Made by a program: the position numbers and the translations under genes
Virus record (IMG/VR): IMGVR_UViG_3300039008_000017
Reading direction: 5' to 3' (one strand)
Source of the DNA: a virus
DNA length: 33,410 bases
Shown here: positions 23,315-32,756 of the stretch, in pieces
Layout: the number at the start of each line of letters is the position of its first letter
Numbering within the stretch: position 1 is the stretch's first letter
Notes under the pieces: model-generated
Told to the model about the DNA's origin: nothing
Database searches by the model: none
What the model saw: the letters and a program-made list of their open reading frames with translations, nothing else

Positions 23315-25509
23315 TAGACTACCACCTCCGCGATAAAGCCGTTGACCTGCATCGGCAACGGAGACGCCTGACTGATTGTGATCTGCGGGTCGCGGCTATA
23401 GCCCAGAAGCCTGACTTCTTTCTTGCCGCTGATCTCGCCCGTGATGCCAACGTTGCGGTTGTTTACCGACACAGAGCGTGTGTCCACCAAGTCCAGCACT
23501 ACAGTCGAGACGCCGCGAATCTCGCCAGTCTGCGGGCCGTTGGTAATGATTGCATCGACCGGGTTGCTCTTGAGAACTACGGGGAAGGAGAACCCAATCT
23601 CAACATCACCAGTCGATGCAAAAGCACTCACATCAATGTTGCCAGAAGTGACAGTGTAAGTGCCAAGGTATTCGCTGTCCTTGATAACAGCCAGCTCAAG
23701 ACCATCGCCAAAGTCAGCACTAACATCAGCAACGCCAGCAGTGAGAGTGTAAGTCTTCGAGAAGTCCAAGACGTTGTCATAGGTAAACTCCCCCAAGATC
23801 AGCTCTTCGCCGCTGCCAGTGTCCACCCATGCCGTTGCAAACAGCCGGTTGTCCAAAGCCACAGCGTCGTAGAAGTCGCCCTCGCAGGTAAACTTGCACC
23901 AGCCAGCGCGCCTCTCTGCGCGGTTGGATGCAAAGAGCGAGATGCGCCCACACTCACACGGGAACGCAGCGTAGGACTCAGCAGTGTCAAACGCACCGTG
24001 GCACACCGTCAGCGACTTGGGGTTGTCTACCAAGTGAGACGCAATCGTAGACACAGCCGTCGAGCTATAGGCATCCTCGGCGTCAGTGTAGATGTATTCC
24101 CTGACCACCCGGCCACCCACCTGCACAAAGAGCGTAGCCCCGTCCAGCGCGTGAGGCTCAACGAACATTGTGCCGTAAGGAGTTTGCCGCCTGATCTGAG
24201 CGTTGGTCGGCGTAATGGCTTGGTTCAGGTAGGTCGGGACATACAGCTCAGAAGTTGCCGTGAAGATTTGAAGGTCACGGTAAGACTTGATGTAGCGGAT
24301 TTCGTGAACCTCGCTCGACGCATTCACAATGTTGATCGCGCTGTCGTCAGTCGCCTCAGACGTGTCGAAGTTGTAGAAGCGCCCAGTCCTGCTCATCCAG
24401 ATAGCATCAGGCTGAGAAATTGTGCCGCCAAAGACCAAACGGTTCTCATGGAAGGCAACAGCAGCAGGGTAGCCGCGCAGGTCAGAGAAAGACTGCTCGC
24501 TCCAAATTGTAGTCGGCGCAGAAGTCACAATCTTCACATAGCCGCCGCCGTCAGCTGCTTCGTTGGCACTTCCGCCAGCCGTGAAAGTGTAGGTGTTCTC
24601 GTCAATGATGCCGCTGATCGTGCGGGTGCCATTGAGGTTGCCAGTGTTGATGCCGCCAACCGCAGACGCCTCTTCGATCACAATCGTTTCGCCGCCAGAA
24701 AAACCGTGATCAAGATGAGTGACCTCAACCTTGTTTGAGCCGTCGATGGTCCTGAACGGATTGAGAATGCTAAGGCGTTGGCGCAGCTCGCCGTTGATCG
24801 TTGCCGTTGCGGTTGTTGCGTTCGTGACCGCAGTGATGGTCATCTCGGTATCGTGGTAACGCAGCTTCACGCCAACGTGATCAGACTCGAAGTAATCATC
24901 GCTGGTGGTCAGGGTTACGCTACCAGTCGTGCCGCTCGCCTGAAGCGTCATGTCAGCGGGATGAAACACACCGTAAGGCTGATACGTCAGCGACCCATCG
25001 TTGCGCTCATCAAACGACATCGGGGTTAGCTCAAAGCTGGTCAGGCCGGTGCGCACAAGCTGCATTGGCATGAACAGCGGATGGCAGATGAACATGACAT
25101 CGCCATACTGAGCGTGGGTGTATTCTTCGATGTAGTCGTGATCGAAGGGCAGGGTGTTGGAGTTGGTGTCCTGCGTCAGCGTGGTCGCAAGGCTAACTGC
25201 GCCAGTCGTCGGGCTAACCGCAAACACTCGCAACTTCTGATGCTCCACCGAAACGATGTATTGCTCATCGCCAGAGAAGATGAACGGAAACAGCTTCGAC
25301 TGAAACTTCTTTGTGGTGTCGCGGGTAATGTCAAAGTCGTAGATGCGCTGGAAGCCCGGACGGCGCTTTACCCCACCCTCAGACAGCATCAGCATGTTCT
25401 GGATGGTCTGCGCAGACGACTGGTAAATCGGCGTGTCAGTGCGCATCAAAGTCGATTCGCTGACCTCGCCAAACGAGAAGTTGGTGAAAGGAACGCGAAT
25501 CTTCTGCAT
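23314..25509 (-). CDS. Tail tubular protein B / nozzle (T7 gp12-like), 731 aa
   Basis: AVAFHENRLVFGGTISQPDAIWMSRTGRFYNFD aligns by eye with T7 gp12 FFFRNRLGFLSGENIILSRTAKYFNFY. The gene follows the gp11-like gene. Confidence 0.85.
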   Translation of the reverse strand: MQKIRVPFTNFSFGEVSESTLMRTDTPIYQSSAQTIQNMLMLSEGGVKRRPGFQRIYDFDITRDTTKKFQSKLFPFIFSGDEQYIVSVEHQKLRVFAVSPTTGAVSLATTLTQDTNSNTLPFDHDYIEEYTHAQYGDVMFICHPLFMPMQLVRTGLTSFELTPMSFDERNDGSLTYQPYGVFHPADMTLQASGTTGSVTLTTSDDYFESDHVGVKLRYHDTEMTITAVTNATTATATINGELRQRLSILNPFRTIDGSNKVEVTHLDHGFSGGETIVIEEASAVGGINTGNLNGTRTISGIIDENTYTFTAGGSANEAADGGGYVKIVTSAPTTIWSEQSFSDLRGYPAAVAFHENRLVFGGTISQPDAIWMSRTGRFYNFDTSEATDDSAINIVNASSEVHEIRYIKSYRDLQIFTATSELYVPTYLNQAITPTNAQIRRQTPYGTMFVEPHALDGATLFVQVGGRVVREYIYTDAEDAYSSTAVSTIASHLVDNPKSLTVCHGAFDTAESYAAFPCECGRISLFASNRAERRAGWCKFTCEGDFYDAVALDNRLFATAWVDTGSGEELILGEFTYDNVLDFSKTYTLTAGVADVSADFGDGLELAVIKDSEYLGTYTVTSGNIDVSAFASTGDVEIGFSFPVVLKSNPVDAIITNGPQTGEIRGVSTVVLDLVDTRSVSVNNRNVGITGEISGKKEVRLLGYSRDPQITISQASPLPMQVNGFIAEVVV

Positions 25510-26087
25510 CAGCTGCGCCTTTGAGCAATGAACCTCGACGTGTTGAGCTTGCGGTTGGTCTGCTGCTGAGAGTCAAGCCGCCGAGCCTGAATCATGTAGA
25601 ACTGCGCCTTCTGCTCCATCAAGCTGGCAAGGCCAGAGTCTCGGGCAATCGACACAGCAAACACCGCAGCCATCGCATACTCAACAGCAATGACAAAGAA
25701 CGAAGGCCAGTCAGCCTCATCAGCACGATAGATGTAATCCGCAATCAGCTCTTCGTTCTCGCTGGCATCGCAGAACACCTTGTCGCCATAGGTGTCATAC
25801 TTGATCGGGTGGTCACCCACCGTCACAGCAGACAACATCAACAGATCACCCGGCAGCTGATACGCAGCGTCAAAGCGACCAGTCGGCGCAGAAACCACCC
25901 GGTTTAACACAGCCTGTTTCGTGGCAAACCGCCAACGCGAGTTGGTCAGAGCAGTGCGAGCAACATCCTCATACATTGCATTGGCGACATCAGACTGAGC
26001 CGTGCCGTCCTCGAATGAAGAAATACCCTCTTCCCCGATAAGGATGAGGGCGCGCGAGCTTACCTTGATTGGCGTGTTTGCTGGCAT
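25509..26087 (-). CDS. Tail tubular protein A / adaptor (T7 gp11-like), 192 aa
   Basis: Size and pattern agree: ALILIGEEGISSFEDG...SRWRF against T7 gp11 ILASIGEPPVSTLEGD...RGWTF. Confidence 0.8.
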   Translation of the reverse strand: MPANTPIKVSSRALILIGEEGISSFEDGTAQSDVANAMYEDVARTALTNSRWRFATKQAVLNRVVSAPTGRFDAAYQLPGDLLMLSAVTVGDHPIKYDTYGDKVFCDASENEELIADYIYRADEADWPSFFVIAVEYAMAAVFAVSIARDSGLASLMEQKAQFYMIQARRLDSQQQTNRKLNTSRFIAQRRS

Positions 26088-26094
26088 AGCGGGT

Positions 26095-26116
26095 TAGGGG
26101 GGCCGAAGCCCCCCTA
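26095..26116 (-). promoter_or_regulatory. Stable stem-loop between the capsid-proximal and tail genes (UAGGGGGGC-UUCG-GCCCCCCUA on the late transcript)
   Basis: Perfect 9-bp G/C stem with a UUCG tetraloop, and no U-tract. It fills the only gap between 26121 and 26087. Confidence 0.55.
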
Positions 26117-26120
26117 CTCC

Positions 26121-26384
26121 TTAGTCGCTGTCGGTCTCGGCAATGGCAGTGCCATCCGAGACATCGACCACACCGGAAGCATTCGACAGCACGGAGACGA
26201 GGTGAGTCGTCGGAGTGCTGGTGTCAGCCACGATGATCACGTCACGAACACTCAGCATGTTCGAAGCGTCGTTGAAGTAACCCTCGGTGTTCACGTCAGC
26301 GATTGCATCCTCGGTGGTGTAGAACCACAGATCAGCATTCGACGCGCCACCAATGCGGGTCAGTCCAGCAGCAGAGAAAGCCAT
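26121..26384 (-). CDS. Hypothetical protein, 87 aa, directly downstream of the capsid gene (possible decoration or head protein)
   Basis: The call rests on position and on an acidic, beta-rich composition. Confidence 0.65.
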   Translation of the reverse strand: MAFSAAGLTRIGGASNADLWFYTTEDAIADVNTEGYFNDASNMLSVRDVIIVADTSTPTTHLVSVLSNASGVVDVSDGTAIAETDSD

Positions 26385-26396
26385 GAGTCATCCCCC

Positions 26397-27206
26397 TCAG
26401 TTGTTGTCGAGGAGTTCGTAGACGCCGTTACTGTCAATGACAGTTGCGCCCATCGACATCATCGACGTTGCAAGGTGCGACACCTTCTCTGCCACGTAGT
26501 TAACTTCGGTCTGAACGTCCGAGTTAATGCCGAGGCCCACAGCGGTGGTGTGGTAGGCAAAGTTCTTGCCGCCCGCGACCGCCGAGGTCGAGAAGATTTT
26601 GAAGCCCAGAAACTCCTTCATGGTCATGCCACCAGCGAAGGGAAGGTTCTGCGGGCCAACGTAGTCCGACGATGCGAACTCGTTGATCGCAAACAGGTCA
26701 GCAAAACCTGCGGGCGACATGGCGATGTAGCGCTGGCCATCTTCGGGGATGTCAGCCTCACCGAACGTCTGGAAGGTCAGCAGGAGGTCTGCCTTTTCCA
26801 GTGCCGAGCTGGTGTCGTGGATTTGGGTTGCGTTTGCACCCGCGTCCATCGCCGTGGTGATGATCTCATCGGTCTTGCGACCCAGAGCAGCAGCAGCCGA
26901 TTGGGCCACAGCCTGACGCTCGTTGATGTTGATCTTCAGCTCGTCCAGCTTGTCGATGTATTCGGCTGCATAGTAGTCAGCCATCGTCACCTCGGCGTAG
27001 GTGTGCGTCAGCTCCATCGGAGTGACGTTACCGTTGCGAGACTTGGTGGAGGCAGAGCCAGTGCCAATCTTCTGGAATCGCGCAGTCGAACCCGTCACAT
27101 TCGTCGAGCGGATGGTGTTCCGGAACTTGGAACCCATGCGCTGATACGCCATGTGAACTTCGGTTTCGAACTGCTTGATAAAGGCTTGGTCGATAGTGTT
27201 AGCCAT
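26397..27206 (-). CDS. Major capsid protein, 269 aa
   Basis: AGGA lies 8 nt upstream of the ATG at 27206 (the track start is a GTG at 27212). The N-terminal MANTIDQAFIKQFETEVHMAYQ and the position after the scaffold are typical of podoviral HK97-fold capsid proteins. Confidence 0.85.
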   Translation of the reverse strand: MANTIDQAFIKQFETEVHMAYQRMGSKFRNTIRSTNVTGSTARFQKIGTGSASTKSRNGNVTPMELTHTYAEVTMADYYAAEYIDKLDELKININERQAVAQSAAAALGRKTDEIITTAMDAGANATQIHDTSSALEKADLLLTFQTFGEADIPEDGQRYIAMSPAGFADLFAINEFASSDYVGPQNLPFAGGMTMKEFLGFKIFSTSAVAGGKNFAYHTTAVGLGINSDVQTEVNYVAEKVSHLATSMMSMGATVIDSNGVYELLDNN

Positions 27207-27282
27207 TTTCACAGTCCTGAGTTGAAGTTTTCCTACGGGTGTCCGCTTTCATCCTCGGCGCAGGTGTCCTTGTCAGGGCTGC

Positions 27283-27714
27283 TCAGTGAAGCACGGGCCG
27301 TTGGCCGAAAGGTATCTCATAATCGACTTCTCCGCAACAGCGGACAAATCTGACCATATGCGCCCCATTGTGGGTGAACTCGAACTCTGGCTCAAAGCCG
27401 AGAAACGCCAGCCATTGCATGATGGAATGGTTCTTCGCCCATACATCACACACCAAGGTGGTGTATGCGTCATGGTAGACATCCATCAGCTCTTCCGAAG
27501 CGCGAGCAAACTTGATGAAGTTGTGCCGCATGTCTTCCGAGAACAGCGACCAGATCAGGCCCTCACCGCGCATATCAACAATGCCGGTGATGGCCAAAAC
27601 CTTGTCACCTTTCAGGACAGCAAACGACCCATGATGATCTGTCACGCTAAGAAGCGCAGCAATCGGGTCTTGCTTGTAGACAGTGGCAAACTCTTCGATG
27701 TTCTCCTTGCTCAT
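27283..27714 (-). CDS. GNAT-like / DUF2833-like small protein, 143 aa, inserted between the scaffold and capsid genes
   Basis: This is the first ATG downstream of the scaffold stop (27776). VCDVWAKNHSIMQWLAFLGFEPE resembles the GNAT C-terminal motif (N..s...l..lGF). The family call is tentative. Confidence 0.5.
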   Translation of the reverse strand: MSKENIEEFATVYKQDPIAALLSVTDHHGSFAVLKGDKVLAITGIVDMRGEGLIWSLFSEDMRHNFIKFARASEELMDVYHDAYTTLVCDVWAKNHSIMQWLAFLGFEPEFEFTHNGAHMVRFVRCCGEVDYEIPFGQRPVLH

Positions 27715-27775
27715 CTTGAACTGAAGAACATGCTCTTCCTTGAGGCTGACAACCCGAAGGCCGCGAATCTCAAAG

Positions 27776-28534
27776 TCAGCGTCCGTAAAGTTTTGCAAAG
27801 CCTTGGTCCACTTGCTTGATGAAGGCAGGGTCGCGCTTGGCCGGGTTCCAATACCGCTCGTCACTCATCATCTGGCGCAGAGAGTCTTCGCTCATGCCAC
27901 CAGCCGATGCGCTGCCCTCAGAGTAGCCACCATCCTTCACAGCCTCCATGATAGCCTCAAGGGCAAGAATGCCCTCGTGCGTTTCGCACATCCGCTCAAT
28001 GGCAGGCAGGGCCTGCTCAGGGAAGAACTTGTTGGCAAAGGCAGAAGCCGCGTTGATACGCGTCGATGCATTCTCGCCCAGCTTTTGGGTCTCAGCCTCT
28101 AGGTCAGGCTGCGAGCCTTGAGACGCATTAAGATACATCTCAATGCCCTTCTCAAACTCCTTCTGAGAAAAGCCGTTCTCAAACGAATGCTCCGCCCACC
28201 AAGACAGAAGGTCACTATCTACCGCGCTAGCTTCATCCACATAGTCTGGAAGCTGATAGTCGCCCTTGTCAGCAGGGCGCTCAGAAAAAGCCTGCTCCTC
28301 AAGCTCCTTGACGATCTGCTCGCGCAGCGTCTCTTCCTTTGCGCCAATCTTGGACTCAAGCTCCTTGTAAGCCTTGGCCAAGTCTTCCGGCGTCTTATAC
28401 TTCTCAGGCAACCACTCCGGGCGCGGCGGCTCTTGGTCCTCCGCTACGACAAAGTCCCGCTCTTCAGCAGGCTGCTCAGTGGCGGGTGCTTCCTCAGCAG
28501 GCGCTTCCGCATTCGAAATCAGGCTATCACTCAC
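27776..28534 (-). CDS. Scaffolding protein, about 252 aa
   Basis: Acidic, helical, Glu/Lys/Ala-rich, with PEWLPEKYKTPEDLAKAYKELESK. It lies between the portal and capsid genes. The GTG at 28534 has GAGGAG 8 nt upstream; the track start (28573) is TTG. Confidence 0.8.
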   Translation of the reverse strand: MSDSLISNAEAPAEEAPATEQPAEERDFVVAEDQEPPRPEWLPEKYKTPEDLAKAYKELESKIGAKEETLREQIVKELEEQAFSERPADKGDYQLPDYVDEASAVDSDLLSWWAEHSFENGFSQKEFEKGIEMYLNASQGSQPDLEAETQKLGENASTRINAASAFANKFFPEQALPAIERMCETHEGILALEAIMEAVKDGGYSEGSASAGGMSEDSLRQMMSDERYWNPAKRDPAFIKQVDQGFAKLYGR

Positions 28535-28790
28535 CGCTCTTGCTCCTCTGTCCGTGCGCAATTCTGCGCTCAATCAGGCCAACGAGATAACGCTGGCCCT
28601 CCATGTGCATCAGCTCGTTCGGGGTCACGGCAGGCCCGTTCACCATCTCAATCGTTACCGACCGAAGATAGCGAAGAACCTCCCGCCCCGTGGGCGAGCC
28701 AAAAATCTCTGCGATGTTCTGGCTGATTTGCTCATCAGCCTGTGCGCTGCGCTGAAGGCCGTCGATGCCAATGTTAACCTTGGGGGGCAA
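28527..28790 (-). CDS. Hypothetical protein, 87 aa (possibly Bbp19-like)
   Basis: TTG start overlapping the portal 3' end by 17 nt. FGSPTGREVLRYL...EGQRYLVGLIERRI resembles my memory of the Bbp19 family. Confidence 0.55.
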   Translation of the reverse strand: MPPKVNIGIDGLQRSAQADEQISQNIAEIFGSPTGREVLRYLRSVTIEMVNGPAVTPNELMHMEGQRYLVGLIERRIAHGQRSKSGE

Positions 28791-30312
28791 GCTGCTGCAT
28801 CCCTTGCTGTTGCGCCATTTGCTGCATCATCTGCATCATCTGTTCGCGCTCTTGCTGATTGCGAATCAGGCTTTCAGGCACCCCAAACTTCTTTGCCAGA
28901 TGCACAGAAGTCTCCTCCTGATTCACCAGCAGGTTCAGCATCTCGGGGCCAAACGTGCCACCGATCAACTGAAGGAACCGGGCAATCGAAGAAATGTCCT
29001 GATTCGCCTGCGCCTGCGCAAGAGGCGAGACAGACTTGATCTTGACCTCGCGGCCATTCACGGTAGGAACCTCGATGCGGCCCTGCTTCTTGAGGATGTA
29101 GATCACCCTCTGAAGCACGGGCTGCACGAGCTCCACCTGCAAGCGACCGAACGCAGAACCCATCCGGCGGGACAGGTCAGCCATGCGCTCAGCAATCTCG
29201 GTCGCAGTCGCAGGGGTTTTGTCAGGGTCGCCCAGCATGTCGTTGTAGAGCGCGCGTTTGATGTTGAGCCGCATATCACTAAGAACAAGCTGGGCGACAT
29301 CGAAGCGACCAGCAGCGTTGATAGGCTGAAGCCCGGAGCTACCCATCGCCTTGGGGATGATCGAACCCGGCACCAACTGAATAGTGTCAGGGTTAATCAC
29401 CCCATCATCTTCCATCTGGTAGATGCCAGAGATCGACATCTGCGCGTTCTCAAGAATCAGCTCCACCGTCAGGTTGGTGGTCTTGATCGCAGACAAGGCA
29501 TTGAGAAGCGGGCCGCGCCCATACTTCTCACCGGCGCACTTCGACCAGCGGAAACAAACAAACGGGTTCGAGCCGATGCCGCGCATCTTGCGCTCATACA
29601 GCACCGTCTCAGTGTTCATGCAGATGGCATAGCTCTTGTATGCCTCTTCGTTTTTCACCGAGTAGTCGCGGCATACCAGCTCCAACACAGTCGTTGTGTC
29701 GTTGCTTGCCATCTTCGACGTGATCTTCGGGTCAAACGTGGCCTTGGGATACAGGATCGAAAGCTGATCATAGCGGACGTTCTTCCGCTCCCGATACACA
29801 TGGTCAATCATGTCGTCGGGGCCAGTATCCAGCACCACATGTGGAAGCGGGATTGCAGAGAAAACGACCGGCTTGACCGAATCGCCCTCCTCGACAGCCA
29901 GCACCCCAGTGCCAACCGCAAGGTCCATGAAGGACTCATGCACCTCCTGAGCAAAGTTCGAGTTCTGGATTACCTCGAACACATACTCGGTGACTTCATC
30001 CAGAGCCTCGTCAATGCTTTCCCGCTGATCGGGCGGCACCTCGGAACCAGAAACCAAGTCAGACCAGCGAGCAAAGTTCGGAACCAGACCAGACTGAAGG
30101 CGAGATGCAAACTCTTGCACCCCGACCACAGCCGTCTCATCGAAGATTTTTTCGTCTCGGCGCTGGCCCGGAGTCTCGTAGTAAAACGATTCCCGCTGGG
30201 GAAGCGCATACTCGTAGCACTCTTCGAACAAAGGCACCCAGTTTTCCCGGTATGCCTTCGCCTTGTTGTATCGCTCAAGATAATACTTGGCGACGTTAGA
30301 ACCTGCTTGCAT
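28774..30312 (-). CDS. Portal (head-tail connector) protein, 512 aa
   Basis: The ATG at 30312 was chosen. YYLERYNKAKAYRENWVPLFEECYEYALPQRESF is a typical podoviral connector N-terminus. The gene lies downstream of terL. Confidence 0.85.
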   Translation of the reverse strand: MQAGSNVAKYYLERYNKAKAYRENWVPLFEECYEYALPQRESFYYETPGQRRDEKIFDETAVVGVQEFASRLQSGLVPNFARWSDLVSGSEVPPDQRESIDEALDEVTEYVFEVIQNSNFAQEVHESFMDLAVGTGVLAVEEGDSVKPVVFSAIPLPHVVLDTGPDDMIDHVYRERKNVRYDQLSILYPKATFDPKITSKMASNDTTTVLELVCRDYSVKNEEAYKSYAICMNTETVLYERKMRGIGSNPFVCFRWSKCAGEKYGRGPLLNALSAIKTTNLTVELILENAQMSISGIYQMEDDGVINPDTIQLVPGSIIPKAMGSSGLQPINAAGRFDVAQLVLSDMRLNIKRALYNDMLGDPDKTPATATEIAERMADLSRRMGSAFGRLQVELVQPVLQRVIYILKKQGRIEVPTVNGREVKIKSVSPLAQAQANQDISSIARFLQLIGGTFGPEMLNLLVNQEETSVHLAKKFGVPESLIRNQQEREQMMQMMQQMAQQQGMQQLAPQG

Positions 30313-30523
30313 AGCCAGAACCACCAGACATCGAAGTGAACAGCGAGCGGCGACCAGCGCCACCGCGGCGACCGCTTTGAATGGTGCGACTGCTCAGGGC
30401 TGCGCTCACATCCTCTTCCTTGGTGCGAGCGCGCTCTGCCAGCTCAGCTCGCTTTTGCTCCTCAGCAGCTTCACGCTGCGCTCGCATAGCGGCACGTTCC
30501 GCCGAAGAAGGTCCAAAACACAT
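30296..30523 (-). CDS. Hypothetical protein, 75 aa (Arg/Glu-rich helix plus Gly/Ser tail)
   Basis: Strong SD AAGGAG lies 7 nt upstream of the ATG. The gene sits between terL and the portal gene. Confidence 0.7.
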   Translation of the reverse strand: MCFGPSSAERAAMRAQREAAEEQKRAELAERARTKEEDVSAALSSRTIQSGRRGGAGRRSLFTSMSGGSGYASRF

Positions 30524-30534
30524 CGTCTATCTCC

Positions 30535-32055
30535 TTAGCGACGTGACCAGAGGCTTTGCTTTCGTTGCGTTGGCTTCCGATCAAAGACGTTGAAGTTGCT
30601 CTTTGCAACAACAGGAATAGCAGGTTTCTGCGAATTGAGCAAAGCCCGGCCCTCACCAGCGCCCAGCATCATGTATTGCAGTGCGTCATGCACATGCGAA
30701 TACATGTTCTTGTCAGGCTTGTCAGCGTATCTTTCACCGCTGACCTCCATGCGCTTGTAGGCATAACCACCTTCGAAGCCTTTGATCAGCATAGAACAGC
30801 GGCGGTCGATGAGAAATCCGGGCTTGCCTTCGACCATCTTGTTTAGCTGCGCAGACACAGCCTCAAGCCGCAGGTCCACAGAGTTGGACGCCGCAGGGAA
30901 CGCGCGCAGTCCAGCGCCCCTTAGAATCTGGAAAGGCGTAGACTCATCAGTCTGAGCGCGGAAGTCACCAGCCGGGTCGCCATAGATAATTACCTCAGAG
31001 CAAGCATGGAAGCGCGTAGAAAGCTCTTGGCGCAACACCTCGGCAAACCTGACGATGCCCATGTCAATCGCCACGATCTCAGCCTGAACCAGCCACCGCC
31101 CCCTGATCTTCTGGCCAAAGGTCGCAGAGGGAGTAAGCCCAAAGTCGAGGCCAACATAGACTGGCAGCCCAGCCGCAATGGGCAGTTCTTCCTTGGCGAT
31201 GTGGGCTTCTGCTGAGAAGGAAGGATAGACGGGTTTTCCCTCCTGAACCATCCCGAGGCGGTTCATCACATACACATCAATCCATGACTTCGTCTTACCC
31301 TGAATCAAGTTCGGGTAGTAAGACTTCATCATGTTCTTGGAGTTCTCGGCGTCCTTGTTGGGCTTATACTTTTCCAACTCGCCGTCTTCGTTCTTGACCT
31401 CCAGCATCCCCGGAGGTTGCACAAAGAAGCGCCAGTTATCCGGCTTCACCAGCATCTTCGCCTGCTCTCGCGGGATGTGGTCAGGAATCGGAACCTCGCC
31501 CGCCATGATCGGCCACCAGTGGTCCTCTTCCGGCGCATTGGTATCAGCGATAACGCCAGTCCATGTCGGGCCTCCCTCTCGCATAGAAGGAAAGCGACCG
31601 ACGCGCATCGTGCAGGCGTCAATGATCGACTTCGCAACCTCTCGAGCCTCGTTGATCCAGATGCCGGTCAGTTCGAGCGACAGCAATTTCTTCACATCTT
31701 CAGGACGATCAAGAGCCAAGAAGATAACCTCAAGGTCAATGTCGCCCTTCTTGATGTGATGGGTGTAAGGCACCGACCAAGTAAACTTGCCCCAGTCATT
31801 CTCTGGGAACCAGTCGAGCCAAGTCTTGATCGTGGTCGTTCTCAGCTGCGGGTTGGTGTTCCTGATAATGGCCCACCGGCTTCTGCGCTTTCCCTCAGCA
31901 TTCTTCTCCTGCTGAAGCGCCCGCCTGAAAACCTCAATGCAGCAAGCCACAGACTTGCCGCTACCCACCGGACCACGAATGCCGCGAAAGAAAGTGTTGT
32001 CCTTCATAAAGGCTTTCAACACTTCCCCGTCAGGCTTGTAGACCAGCTCTACCAA
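30535..32055 (-). CDS. terL: Terminase large subunit, 506 aa
   Basis: Walker A GPVGSGKS at residues 28-35. WAIIRNTNPQLRTTTIKTW and LTGIWINEAREV (Walker B-like) are present. Size and position also fit. Confidence 0.9.
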   Translation of the reverse strand: MVELVYKPDGEVLKAFMKDNTFFRGIRGPVGSGKSVACCIEVFRRALQQEKNAEGKRRSRWAIIRNTNPQLRTTTIKTWLDWFPENDWGKFTWSVPYTHHIKKGDIDLEVIFLALDRPEDVKKLLSLELTGIWINEAREVAKSIIDACTMRVGRFPSMREGGPTWTGVIADTNAPEEDHWWPIMAGEVPIPDHIPREQAKMLVKPDNWRFFVQPPGMLEVKNEDGELEKYKPNKDAENSKNMMKSYYPNLIQGKTKSWIDVYVMNRLGMVQEGKPVYPSFSAEAHIAKEELPIAAGLPVYVGLDFGLTPSATFGQKIRGRWLVQAEIVAIDMGIVRFAEVLRQELSTRFHACSEVIIYGDPAGDFRAQTDESTPFQILRGAGLRAFPAASNSVDLRLEAVSAQLNKMVEGKPGFLIDRRCSMLIKGFEGGYAYKRMEVSGERYADKPDKNMYSHVHDALQYMMLGAGEGRALLNSQKPAIPVVAKSNFNVFDRKPTQRKQSLWSRR

Positions 32056-32243
32056 TCCAGCACCTGCCTGTCCTTGCCAGCCTTGATCATCCCAGCCGCA
32101 ATGTCAGGGCCAATCACCTCAATGATCTTGTCCGCCTCATAGTCGGTCACAAAGTCCTTGGGGTGGTGCTGCATGTGAACACGCTTCACCACAGCCCTCA
32201 ATGTGTCCCTGTCCGACTGAGAAAGCGCGTTAAGAAAGCTCAT
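32049..32243 (-). CDS. Hypothetical protein, 64 aa
   Basis: ATGA overlap upstream; the 3' end overlaps the terL start. Confidence 0.65.
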   Translation of the reverse strand: MSFLNALSQSDRDTLRAVVKRVHMQHHPKDFVTDYEADKIIEVIGPDIAAGMIKAGKDRQVLDW

Positions 32244-32413
32244 GCCTTCTTCTTCCTCCCGGCAGCAGCCATACGCTGAAACGCCGCCTTGCCATACTTT
32301 TTCCGGCCAATGCTCGCAGCCAAAGCCTTCGGGTCTTCAGCACCCTTAGCCTTCAACTCCCTCACCAGCTTCTTGTAGCGGCCACCACCGCCAACCTTCA
32401 TGCCATCAGCCAT
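32240..32413 (-). CDS. Small highly basic protein, 57 aa (GRKKYGKAAFQRMAAAGRKKKA)
   Basis: The ATG at 32413 overlaps the upstream stop. The track start (32482) lies inside the upstream gene and was trimmed. Confidence 0.6.
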   Translation of the reverse strand: MADGMKVGGGGRYKKLVRELKAKGAEDPKALAASIGRKKYGKAAFQRMAAAGRKKKA

Positions 32414-32720
32414 CCTTCTTCCCCTTGTTCCTACGACTGATCGCAGCAGCCTTCCTCTTTGCATCAGCCTTCGATGAAGCACCCCAAGCCTGCAAGCTCT
32501 TCAGCAACCGAGTCGGCCTGCCCTTCTCATCACGCTCAGGCCCCTTCATGTTCCCCATCCTAGCAAGGAAACTAGCACGCCTCGGGTTATCACCACTCTT
32601 CACTGGAGCCTTCAAGTCACTGCCAGGATTCTCTCGCTCATAGCTCTTGCGACCCTTCTCATTAAGGCCACCAGACTCAGACTTACCTTCCTTGCGCTGC
32701 CATGCAGGACTCTTTGCCAT
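32406..32720 (-). CDS. Small basic protein, 104 aa (SPAWQRKEGKSESGGLNEKGRKSY ... RRASFLARM)
   Basis: SD AAGGAG lies 7 nt upstream of the ATG. The motif resembles a conserved phage/bacterial family whose name I do not recall with certainty. Confidence 0.7.
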   Translation of the reverse strand: MAKSPAWQRKEGKSESGGLNEKGRKSYERENPGSDLKAPVKSGDNPRRASFLARMGNMKGPERDEKGRPTRLLKSLQAWGASSKADAKRKAAAISRRNKGKKDG

Positions 32721-32756
32721 CTCAATCTCCTTAGGGTTTCAGCGAGCCTTTTTGGG

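Noticed and set aside
23176-24738. Very long antisense ORFs opposite the structural genes: 520 aa here, plus 28765-30339 (524 aa), 15011-16186 (391 aa), 26202-27353 (383 aa) and 21280-22236 (318 aa).
   Set aside because: Each lies entirely inside a well-supported gene on the other strand. They have Arg/Ser/His/Val-rich shadow-frame composition, lack SD sequences and often start at non-ATG codons. This is typical of GC-rich DNA.
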